A stretch of 64,000 nt of DNA, from positions 21,379 through 85,378 of the forward strand of contig CAVAJR010000003.1 of the NCBI GenBank assembly GCA_963589005.1. Reading direction: 5' to 3'. The number at the start of each line of letters is the position of its first letter. Position 1 is the first letter of the stretch. This stretch comes from Bacteroidaceae bacterium (GTDB lineage Bacteria; Bacillota; Clostridia; Lachnospirales; Lachnospiraceae). Positions 52,221 to 59,868 of the stretch are shown one piece after another. Both the position numbers and the translations under genes were made by a program. The notes below the pieces were generated by a model, which was not told the DNA's origin, did no database searches, and saw only the letters and a list, made by a program, of their open reading frames with translations.

Positions 52221-52286
52221 TCGTGAACCTCGGCATGCAGCCACTATTCGAAAACCTCTAAACAGTGGCTGCACCGTCCCGGTACC
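52221..52286 (-). repeat. palindromic intergenic repeat, copy 3 (short form)
   Basis: Arms TGCAGCCACT (52236-52245) and AGTGGCTGCA (52264-52273). The flanks TCGTGAACCTCGGCA and CCGTCCCGGTACC match copies 1 and 2. Confidence 0.75.
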
Positions 52287-52308
52287 TGGCAATTCTTGCT
52301 TTAGTGAG

Positions 52309-54705
52309 GTGTATATGAACGATAATAAAGATTTCGGCTGCAGCCTTGAATTTTTTAATAATTATGGTTTGACGCATGAAGCAAGCAGAACAGAGCTTAT
52401 CTATTTGCTTGAGGGAAATGCCCGGATCACTGTTTCAGACAACAGTTATAGAATGAAAAAGGATGATCTGATCCTTGTAAATTATGGTCAGAATTATTCA
52501 TGGCAGCAGGAGAAGGATACATTTATCTGCGTCATTGGCATTTCCAACAAAACGATAAGAGAAGAGGGCGGAGCGCTTAATGTAAGCTTCAGATGCAATT
52601 CAGCAGCAGCTCAGGATGCAGATTATAAAGAAATAAAAAAAATAATAAGCGACCTGATAGTAGAATATACCGAGGATTATTACAAACTTACATTCAGGAA
52701 AAAGGCCATATTTTTCAGCCTGCTTGATGTTTTATTTAACAGATATATATCAGAGGGAAGCATTATATCCGATGTTTTGTCAACAGATGAGCAATTTATT
52801 AAGATAGTTGAATATATTAATGAAAATTATAACAAGCATTTGCTTCTTAGTAATGTGGCAGGAGAAATTTTCATGTCAGATTCGGCATTTTCCAGATATT
52901 TTAAGAAGCATGCGGGAGTTAATTATTCTGAATATCTAACTAATGTAAGACTGCATAAGGCTGCGATGCAGCTGCTTCAGACAGAGAATACGCTTACGCA
53001 GATCGCTCTTGATAATGGATTTGCTGACCTGGCGATGTTCAGTAAGTCCTTTAAAAAATATTACATGGTATCGCCGTCTGAATATAAGAGAACCCAAACG
53101 GACAAAAAGCAAGGAAGGATGCCTGAGCAGTCTGGCATAAATGAAATACGGGAATATCATAGCCGGCTTGTCAGATTTGTAGACGAAAGAAAAAACAAAA
53201 ATGTCAGCGGCATCTTAAAAAAGCATGTATCTGTAAATACATCTGTTTTTGAAAAATATAACAAAATATGGAATATTGCAATTAATATCGGCGAAGCAAG
53301 CGATCTGCTGATGGCGGATATGCAGAAAAATGTAATAAAACTGAAAAAGGATCTGGGTTTTGGATATGTCCGCATTGTCAATATATTCGGATGGAATATG
53401 CATATCAGACAAGACAGACAGCATAGAAGACTTAGCTTTGATCTGCTTGACAATGTGATTGATTTTATGCTTGATAATGAGATCAGGCCGATTCTTGAAT
53501 TCGGAGATAAGCCGAGGCGTTTAACTCTTGATATTGATAGAATAATCCCGCTTGAAAACGGCAGGCCGGTATTCGAGTCTGCGGTTGAGGCCAGATGGCT
53601 TATTGAGGAATTTATAGAGCATATTGAAAAAAGGTACGGAAGAGATGAAACAGAAAAATGGATATTTGAATTCTGGTATGATAAACGTGACAGGAACCTG
53701 AGCGAGGATGATTATCTTGATATGTTTGACATGGCATATCATGCCGTCAAATCTCATATGCCGGGGGCACAGCTGGGCGGCTGCGGTCTGGAACTGGGAG
53801 CAGATGTGTCAGCATTGCTAGGCAAATGGCATAACAGCCATGAAAGGCCAGATTTTATCTCAGCTGCAGCATTTCCTTATATCTCTCAAATCGATGAACT
53901 GAATTATGCAAATGAGAACAAGATACGTTCTACAGATATTCATTTTATGTATAATGAGCTGCAGAAATTAAAGGCAAGTCTTACAGCTGCAGGAATGAAT
54001 AATGTGCCTGTTATGCTGACGGAGTGGAATCTGTGCATGTCGGATCGTAATTTCTATAATGATTCCTGTGCTAAGGCTGCGCAGATGCTAATGAATATGA
54101 CGGAGTGCATTAATGAAATGCAGCTGGGAGCATATCTGTTTGGTACGGATCTTAATTCGAGATATTATGATACATCTGCTGATTTTTATGGCGGAGCAGG
54201 TCTTTTAACTAAGAATATGCTGACTAAGCCTTCCTTCTATGCAGTACAGTTTATGGGACGTTTGGGAAATGTCCTTTTGCAGCATGGCGATGGGTATATT
54301 GTTACGAGAACTGAAAAGGGCGAATTTATAATACTCATGTTTAATTATAAAAAATTCAATTATAACTATTATACACGCAGAGAAAATGAAATAAGGGCAG
54401 AGGATCTGCATAGGTTATTTTCTGATGACGACCCGATAAAAATTGAATTGGAATTAAGCGGTATATCTAATGGACAATATCAGGTAAAGACAGAAAATCT
54501 GGGAATAAACAGCGGAGGATTTATATCAGCATGGACGGATCTGGGGGAGTCGTCGGTGCTGGATAAGTCGGAAATAGAATATTTAAAACGCATCAGTGTA
54601 CCTAAGATCAGGATAAGAAGACAAAATGCTCAGGGAGGTCGGCTTGTTGTTTCGGAAATATTGGAAGCGCATGATATCAGATTTATAAAAATAAAGAAGT
54701 TATAA
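52309..54705 (+). CDS. AraC-family regulator fused to a GH39-like C-terminal domain, paralogue 2
   Basis: Same architecture as paralogue 1 (HTH: SDSAFSRYFKKHAGVNYSEYLTNVRLHKAAMQLL; GH39-like: RPILEFGDKPRRL, LTEWN, FYGGAGLL, TKPSFYAV). The start is GTG 52309 or ATG 52315. Confidence 0.75.
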   Translation: MYMNDNKDFGCSLEFFNNYGLTHEASRTELIYLLEGNARITVSDNSYRMKKDDLILVNYGQNYSWQQEKDTFICVIGISNKTIREEGGALNVSFRCNSAAAQDADYKEIKKIISDLIVEYTEDYYKLTFRKKAIFFSLLDVLFNRYISEGSIISDVLSTDEQFIKIVEYINENYNKHLLLSNVAGEIFMSDSAFSRYFKKHAGVNYSEYLTNVRLHKAAMQLLQTENTLTQIALDNGFADLAMFSKSFKKYYMVSPSEYKRTQTDKKQGRMPEQSGINEIREYHSRLVRFVDERKNKNVSGILKKHVSVNTSVFEKYNKIWNIAINIGEASDLLMADMQKNVIKLKKDLGFGYVRIVNIFGWNMHIRQDRQHRRLSFDLLDNVIDFMLDNEIRPILEFGDKPRRLTLDIDRIIPLENGRPVFESAVEARWLIEEFIEHIEKRYGRDETEKWIFEFWYDKRDRNLSEDDYLDMFDMAYHAVKSHMPGAQLGGCGLELGADVSALLGKWHNSHERPDFISAAAFPYISQIDELNYANENKIRSTDIHFMYNELQKLKASLTAAGMNNVPVMLTEWNLCMSDRNFYNDSCAKAAQMLMNMTECINEMQLGAYLFGTDLNSRYYDTSADFYGGAGLLTKNMLTKPSFYAVQFMGRLGNVLLQHGDGYIVTRTEKGEFIILMFNYKKFNYNYYTRRENEIRAEDLHRLFSDDDPIKIELELSGISNGQYQVKTENLGINSGGFISAWTDLGESSVLDKSEIEYLKRISVPKIRIRRQNAQGGRLVVSEILEAHDIRFIKIKKL

Positions 54706-54722
54706 TAAAAGTAATATGTTCA

Positions 54723-54768
54723 CAGGCATCAATATATGACAAGCTCGTATATTGATGCCTGATTTTTA
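54723..54768 (+). terminator. rho-independent terminator after AraC paralogue 2
   Basis: Perfect 14-bp stem CAGGCATCAATATA / TATATTGATGCCTG followed by ATTTTTAT. Confidence 0.85.
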
Positions 54769-54774
54769 TGTAAA

Positions 54775-54831
54775 GAAATGACAAGAAATGACAAGAACCT
54801 AAAAGAAGCAAAACAACATATTAGCTATAAT
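54775..54831 (+). promoter_or_regulatory. tandem 10-bp direct repeat plus TATAAT box (candidate activator-dependent promoter)
   Basis: GAAATGACAA occurs twice (54775-54784 and 54785-54794). TATAAT lies at 54826-54831 with no recognisable -35 (AAGAAG). Confidence 0.4.
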
Positions 54832-54919
54832 ACGGTGGACGAAGTATGCATTTGTATGCGTCTTAGGATGGTAGGATGCAGGTTGCAGCAAAATTCATAT
54901 GCACGATAGGAGGTTGATT

Positions 54920-55354
54920 ATGGGATTTGCTATGCGCATGCCTCTAAATGGGGAGATCATAAAACGAGATTCAGTAAAGAGCATGTTTATTAATGGGAAA
55001 AACAACGGCATAAGCTTTGATGTACAGCTGGCTTACTACAGAGGACATTATTTGTCAGATATTGACCAGCTGGAACTGTGGATTGACGGGCAGCAGATTG
55101 CTAAGGAAGCAATAACATTTGAACTCAATGGCAAGGAAATGCCTGTGTATAAATTATCATGGGCTGTTACAGAATTCTGGAGCCAGGTAGTGCCTGCAAC
55201 CATCAGAGCTATTATTCCGGGAGGACTGGACAAGGGCGAACATACAATTGAGCTGAAGCTTATGCTGAGAGTGCCATATATGAATATAGGCCCTGGACAT
55301 ACATATATGCCGTTAGATGCCGGTGATAAGATTCAGATATCAGTCACAGAGTAA
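54920..55354 (+). CDS. small (144 aa) protein, candidate beta subunit of a C-glycoside deglycosidase-like enzyme (DUF6379-like)
   Basis: ATG 54920 is 6 nt after AGGAGG (54908-54913). The gene ends 12 nt before a xylose-isomerase-like TIM-barrel gene. The size and the pattern ISFDVQLAYYRGHYLSDIDQLELWIDG...GEHTIELKLMLRVPYM fit my recollection of this family. The homology is not verified. Confidence 0.5.
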   Translation: MGFAMRMPLNGEIIKRDSVKSMFINGKNNGISFDVQLAYYRGHYLSDIDQLELWIDGQQIAKEAITFELNGKEMPVYKLSWAVTEFWSQVVPATIRAIIPGGLDKGEHTIELKLMLRVPYMNIGPGHTYMPLDAGDKIQISVTE

Positions 55355-55366
55355 GGAGGAGTGAAG

Positions 55367-56347
55367 ATGGGTATTAAGCTTGGAGCAACATTATTTTGCT
55401 ACGGAACCGAATATGCAAGATATCAATATGATTTTGAAGAATGTGTGAAGCAGGCTGCATTGGCAGGGGCTGAAGGATATGAGATAGTCGGAACACAGAT
55501 GCTTCCTTCCTATCCTAATGTAAGTGATGAGTTCCTGGGACTTGTAGAGAAGCTGCGAATAAAATATGGCATAGGTCCTGTGTGTTATGGTGCGAACAAT
55601 GACAGAGGCATGAGAATTGACAGAGACCTTACTGACGATGAGATGCTGGCAGATGCGATCATTGATCTTAAGGCTGCCAATAAATTAGGCTGCAAGGTAA
55701 TGCGTGTTCAATATATGATGTCACCGGCAGCATTTGCAAGGCTTGCACCATATGCAGAGCTTTTTGATGTAAAGTGCGGCATCGAAATTCATAATCCGGA
55801 GACTCCTCTGTCAGAAAATATGAAGAGATACATTGAAGTAATTAAAAATACAGGCTCTGAATATCTGGGATTTGTACCAGATTTTGGATATTTGGCAGTA
55901 GAACCGAACAAACCTAAGTGGGACAGAGCACTGGCGTTGGGAGTCAAGGAAGAACATCTTCTCATGGCTAAACAGATGAAATTGGACGGAGTACCTCAGG
56001 ACGAAGCAGCTGAAAAACTGATGCAGGCTGGGGCACATCCAGCGATTATGGAAACTCTCGCAGGAATGTATGGATTTGTTCAATTCAGATCGAGAAAGGA
56101 ACTGCCAAGGCTGTTAAATGAATTGAAGGAAATACTGCCATACTCATTTGAAATGCACGGTAAATTCCACTATCTGGACGAAAACTGTGTTGAGGCAAGT
56201 ATCCCTTATGAAGAGATATTTGCATTTCTGAAGGAAAATAAATACGACGGATATGTTATATCTGAATACGAAGACGAGATGTATTGCGGCGGAACGGAAT
56301 TTACCAAGAGACATCTGGCTATGGGAAGGAGACTGTTGGGACTGTAA
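55367..56347 (+). CDS. sugar phosphate isomerase/epimerase (xylose-isomerase-like TIM barrel), candidate catalytic subunit of a C-glycoside deglycosidase-like enzyme
   Basis: E-D-H-E metal-ligand pattern of this fold: GIEIHNPE, VPDFGY, EMHGKFH, ISEYED. ATG 55367 is 7 nt after AGGAGGAG. Confidence 0.7.
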   Translation: MGIKLGATLFCYGTEYARYQYDFEECVKQAALAGAEGYEIVGTQMLPSYPNVSDEFLGLVEKLRIKYGIGPVCYGANNDRGMRIDRDLTDDEMLADAIIDLKAANKLGCKVMRVQYMMSPAAFARLAPYAELFDVKCGIEIHNPETPLSENMKRYIEVIKNTGSEYLGFVPDFGYLAVEPNKPKWDRALALGVKEEHLLMAKQMKLDGVPQDEAAEKLMQAGAHPAIMETLAGMYGFVQFRSRKELPRLLNELKEILPYSFEMHGKFHYLDENCVEASIPYEEIFAFLKENKYDGYVISEYEDEMYCGGTEFTKRHLAMGRRLLGL

Positions 56348-56348
56348 G

Positions 56349-57269
56349 ATGAAGATATTAGGATTAAATTTTGGCAAAGTAAAAGGTAACTGCAAATATT
56401 TTCTGGAGGCAGCACTTGAAGCTGCAAGGACAGCTGCTCCTGATGCGGAAATTGAGGTTATTGATACAATTAAACTTAAGATCGGAAGATGCATTGGCTG
56501 CGGCGGATGTTCGAGAGCTCTTGAAGCCGGCAAACCTATTGCCTGCGTAGTGAAGGATGACTATGAAAAACTTTCCGATAAGGTTTTGGATGCGGATGCT
56601 ATTATAGTTGCGGCACCTGTATATGTATTAGCTCCTGTGGGTCAGCTGAAGAATTTTATTGACAGATTCGGTCCGGCACACGATATGGCTTATATGATGT
56701 TCGAAAATGAATTGAGAAGAGATAACGGCGGCGAGCTGCTGGCTGAACGTAATTTCAAGCGTCATTATGTTTCATATATCTCAGTAGGCGGAGCAACTAC
56801 AGACCATTGGGTATCGATGGGTCTTGCAGGAATGCAGCTGTTTGGAATGAGTCTTAATATGAAGCAGGTGGATATGGTAAATGTAACGGGTGCATATATA
56901 CCGCCTATGAGAGAAGGATTTGCCCAAGACTGCAGAAAACTGGGCACAAGAACGGCAAATGCTGTAGGCAAAGCTTATAAGGACATAGCATGGGAGTCAG
57001 ATCCGGGAGTCTGTCCGGCATGCCATTGCTCAATCATGATGATGAATAATACTGCAACGGTATGCTGTCCGGTATGCGGTATTCACGGAACAGTTTCTGT
57101 TATGGACGGCGGGCTTAAGTATGAATTTTCAGAAGAAGAAATAGGCCGCAGCAGAATGAATCTTGCCGGAGTGATCGAACATCAGGCGGAAATAGGAAGA
57201 CGCGACAGATATGGCGATAAATATGATGAATATGTCAGAAAACTTTCGCAAATAGCAGCTGAAAAATAA
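56349..57269 (+). CDS. flavodoxin-fold FMN reductase / iron-sulfur flavoprotein-like protein with a C-terminal Cys-knuckle domain
   Basis: MKILGLNFG...ADAIIVAAPVYVLAPVGQLKNFIDR (FMN_red-like). CIGCGGC...C cluster motif (56490-56510 and onward). C-terminal CPACHC...CCPVCG. The start is 1 nt after the upstream stop. Confidence 0.65.
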   Translation: MKILGLNFGKVKGNCKYFLEAALEAARTAAPDAEIEVIDTIKLKIGRCIGCGGCSRALEAGKPIACVVKDDYEKLSDKVLDADAIIVAAPVYVLAPVGQLKNFIDRFGPAHDMAYMMFENELRRDNGGELLAERNFKRHYVSYISVGGATTDHWVSMGLAGMQLFGMSLNMKQVDMVNVTGAYIPPMREGFAQDCRKLGTRTANAVGKAYKDIAWESDPGVCPACHCSIMMMNNTATVCCPVCGIHGTVSVMDGGLKYEFSEEEIGRSRMNLAGVIEHQAEIGRRDRYGDKYDEYVRKLSQIAAEK

Positions 57270-57424
57270 CAGAGTTTAGTTTAAAATAAATCTTGGGGTA
57301 ATTATTATATATTAACTGTTAATGTGCTGACAGCTGTTAGTTATTATATAGGGCTGTCCGAAGGCCTGCAGCAGAAGATTAAACTGCAGCAGAAAATGGT
57401 TTGGGCAGCCTGATGGGGGAAGTT

Positions 57425-59053
57425 ATGAATAATAAATGGCAGGCATTGATCGCAGATGACGAGCAGAAGGTATGCCAGCTGATCCAATATCTGGTTCCGT
57501 GGGACGAACTTGGTATAAATGTTGTTGCAGCTGTGTCCAATGGTCTTGAGGCCATGGATGTCTTAAAAGAAAAACATATTGATATTCTGATCACGGATGC
57601 CCGTATGCCGGAATGCGACGGCATAGAGCTTATTAAGTGGTGCGCTCAGAATAATCTCAATGTTAAATCTATAGTAATAAGCGGATATAGGAATTTTGAA
57701 TATGCACATGGCGCCCTTAAATACGGAGTCAATGCATATTTGCTTAAGCCTATCAATCAAAATGAGTTAATAAGCAGCCTGAGAAATATAATAAAGGAAC
57801 TGCGAAGTGAAATACAGGTAAATGAGGAAAGCAAGAACACACAGCTTAGATTAACACAGAGTAAGGAAGCTCTCAGAAACCATTTTATAAGCAGTTATAT
57901 ATTTGACGGATTTCAATATTCAAAACAAAAGACAGGATTTGTTGACGAGATAAATCATGAATATCAGATGGAATTTAAGGAAGATAGCTACCAGGCTGTT
58001 ATGATAAAGATCGATCATGATCCTGATTTTGATATTCAGCTGGATAAGCTGCTTAATATTATTAAAAAAAATGCGGACGAATTCATGACCGGATTTGCCC
58101 ATGAATATGTAAGTGCTATTGCACATTCAGCCGTTGTTATGCTGTTAAATTATGACAGAGGACAAGGCGGTGAATTTCGAAATAAAACAGAAGAATTATT
58201 ACTTGCACTTGAAAAATGTATAGATGCATATGACAAGGTAACCTTGATGATAGGCGTCAGTGAGACAGAAGATACTATACAGAATATAGACAAGTGTATC
58301 GCTTTGGCAGGAGAAGCTGTTAAGTTCAGAATATCCAATCCTGTGAAAAAAATCATCTATTATGAAGAATGTGAATATGAGAATAAGGATATACACAGCA
58401 TAATCACGCCTGAGAGGACGGAAATGCTGGGCAGCTGCATTAGAAACGGCAACAAGGCTGAAGCAAGGAAAATTGTTTTTGATGTCAAATCACAGCTTCA
58501 CAGGATCAGAAATCTGAGCCCTGTAATAATATATGCAGCCATTTCTGAACTGGGCAAGATCTCACTCGGGATTCTTGAAAATACCGTAGAGGACCCTGAT
58601 ACATGTACGAGAACAAAAATAAAATTTTACGAGAGAATAGACAGTGTTTCTACAGAAGATGCATTATGGAATTCTCTTGATAAATTGTTTTTGGAATGTA
58701 TGAGACTTATGGACCAGGAGATGGTTAACCAGCAGACCAAACCTGTTAGGATAATAAAGGCGTATATTGAAGAAAATTTCAGCAAGGCAATAACTCTGGA
58801 AAGTGCGGCTGAGAAGGTTAATTTAACACCTAATTATATAAGTACGATATTTAAAAAAGAAACGGGAGTATCTTTTCTGGAATATCTGACATCTGTAAGA
58901 TTAGATAAGGCAACGGAAATGCTCAGAAAAAGTGATATGAGTATGAGTGAGATAGCCGAGGCTGTAGGCTATAATGATGTTAAACATTTTAGTAAACTCT
59001 GCAAGAAAACCCTGGGAATGAAGCCGTCTGAATATCGCAAATTATATTCGTAA
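57425..59053 (+). CDS. response regulator with C-terminal AraC-type HTH (YesN-like)
   Basis: REC domain (ALIADDE, phospho-acceptor Asp in ILITDARMP at 57596-57598, KP motif LLKPI). C-terminal AraC HTH (PNYISTIFKKETGVSFLEYLTSVRLDKATEMLR). Confidence 0.85.
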   Translation: MNNKWQALIADDEQKVCQLIQYLVPWDELGINVVAAVSNGLEAMDVLKEKHIDILITDARMPECDGIELIKWCAQNNLNVKSIVISGYRNFEYAHGALKYGVNAYLLKPINQNELISSLRNIIKELRSEIQVNEESKNTQLRLTQSKEALRNHFISSYIFDGFQYSKQKTGFVDEINHEYQMEFKEDSYQAVMIKIDHDPDFDIQLDKLLNIIKKNADEFMTGFAHEYVSAIAHSAVVMLLNYDRGQGGEFRNKTEELLLALEKCIDAYDKVTLMIGVSETEDTIQNIDKCIALAGEAVKFRISNPVKKIIYYEECEYENKDIHSIITPERTEMLGSCIRNGNKAEARKIVFDVKSQLHRIRNLSPVIIYAAISELGKISLGILENTVEDPDTCTRTKIKFYERIDSVSTEDALWNSLDKLFLECMRLMDQEMVNQQTKPVRIIKAYIEENFSKAITLESAAEKVNLTPNYISTIFKKETGVSFLEYLTSVRLDKATEMLRKSDMSMSEIAEAVGYNDVKHFSKLCKKTLGMKPSEYRKLYS

Positions 59054-59058
59054 ATAGC

Positions 59059-59865
59059 ATGTGGATCTATATATCAGCTGTATTGGCTGCATCAAACATA
59101 ATAACTGTTATTTTGATAATAGTGACTATAAGAAGGAAAAAGCTTCAGATGGAGCTTTTTATAAAAGAACGGGAAATTCTGGAAAATCAGATGGAAGTTG
59201 ATAAGAAGACAGCAGAAATCTCCAGTCTTCAGAGCCAGATAAACCCCCATTTTCTTTATAACACTCTGGAGGTTATAAGAAGTGAAGCCATCATGAATTC
59301 CGATCCCGAGGCGGCGGAAATGGCTGAAGCTCTTGCTAATTATTTCCGCTATAACATAAGCCGCAAGCAGGATATGGTAACAGTAGGCGAGGAATTAGAT
59401 AATGTGGCCAATTATATAAATATTCAAAAGCGAAGGTTCGGCGAGAGAATTTCATACATAGAAAGGTTTGATTCTGATGAAAATGAGATCAGGATGGCAA
59501 TTATTCCTAAGCTGACATTGCAGCCATTGGTGGAAAATGCCATATTCCACGGAATTGAGAAGAAGGCCGGCAATGGCACCGTAACAGTGTATATTGTTAC
59601 GACTACTCAAAGGCTTATCATCAGGGTAATAGATGATGGACCGGGCATGGATGCTAAAACTCTGGAAGAAGTAGAAAATAAGATAAAAGGAATCTCAGCC
59701 TCGGATACTAAGGACAATAATTCCAAGCACGGAGGAGTTGCTCTTGCTAATATCAATCAGCGAATTAAGATGATATTCGGTCAGGAATACGGATTGAGCA
59801 TTTCAGCATCATACGGTGTCGGAACGGAAGCTGAAATTGTCATGCCATATAAGGTAAAGGAATAG
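59059..59865 (+). CDS. minimal LytS/YesM-type sensor histidine kinase (one TM segment, no extracytoplasmic or HAMP domain)
   Basis: 268 aa. TM segment WIYISAVLAASNIITVILIIVTI, coiled coil, His_kinase H-box QINPHFLYNTL (His codon at 59248-59250), HATPase_c (LVENAIFHG, DDGPGM, GVALANI). Confidence 0.8.
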   Translation: MWIYISAVLAASNIITVILIIVTIRRKKLQMELFIKEREILENQMEVDKKTAEISSLQSQINPHFLYNTLEVIRSEAIMNSDPEAAEMAEALANYFRYNISRKQDMVTVGEELDNVANYINIQKRRFGERISYIERFDSDENEIRMAIIPKLTLQPLVENAIFHGIEKKAGNGTVTVYIVTTTQRLIIRVIDDGPGMDAKTLEEVENKIKGISASDTKDNNSKHGGVALANINQRIKMIFGQEYGLSISASYGVGTEAEIVMPYKVKE

Positions 59866-59868
59866 TAA

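Noticed and set aside
54775-54797. Tandem repeat as a possible CRISPR or minisatellite
   Set aside because: There are only two and a third 10-bp units with no spacers, so a regulatory direct repeat is the simpler reading.
57302-57352. Apparent repeat/palindrome TTATTATATA...CTGTTA...CAGCTG...CTGTTAGTTATTATATA downstream of the flavoprotein gene
   Set aside because: These are short AT-rich matches without consistent symmetry. I could not define a convincing stem or operator.
59059-59865. The short histidine kinase as a pseudogene remnant
   Set aside because: The ORF is intact, with a TM anchor, H-box and complete ATPase domain, and it is tightly spaced with both neighbours. I report it as a finding instead.
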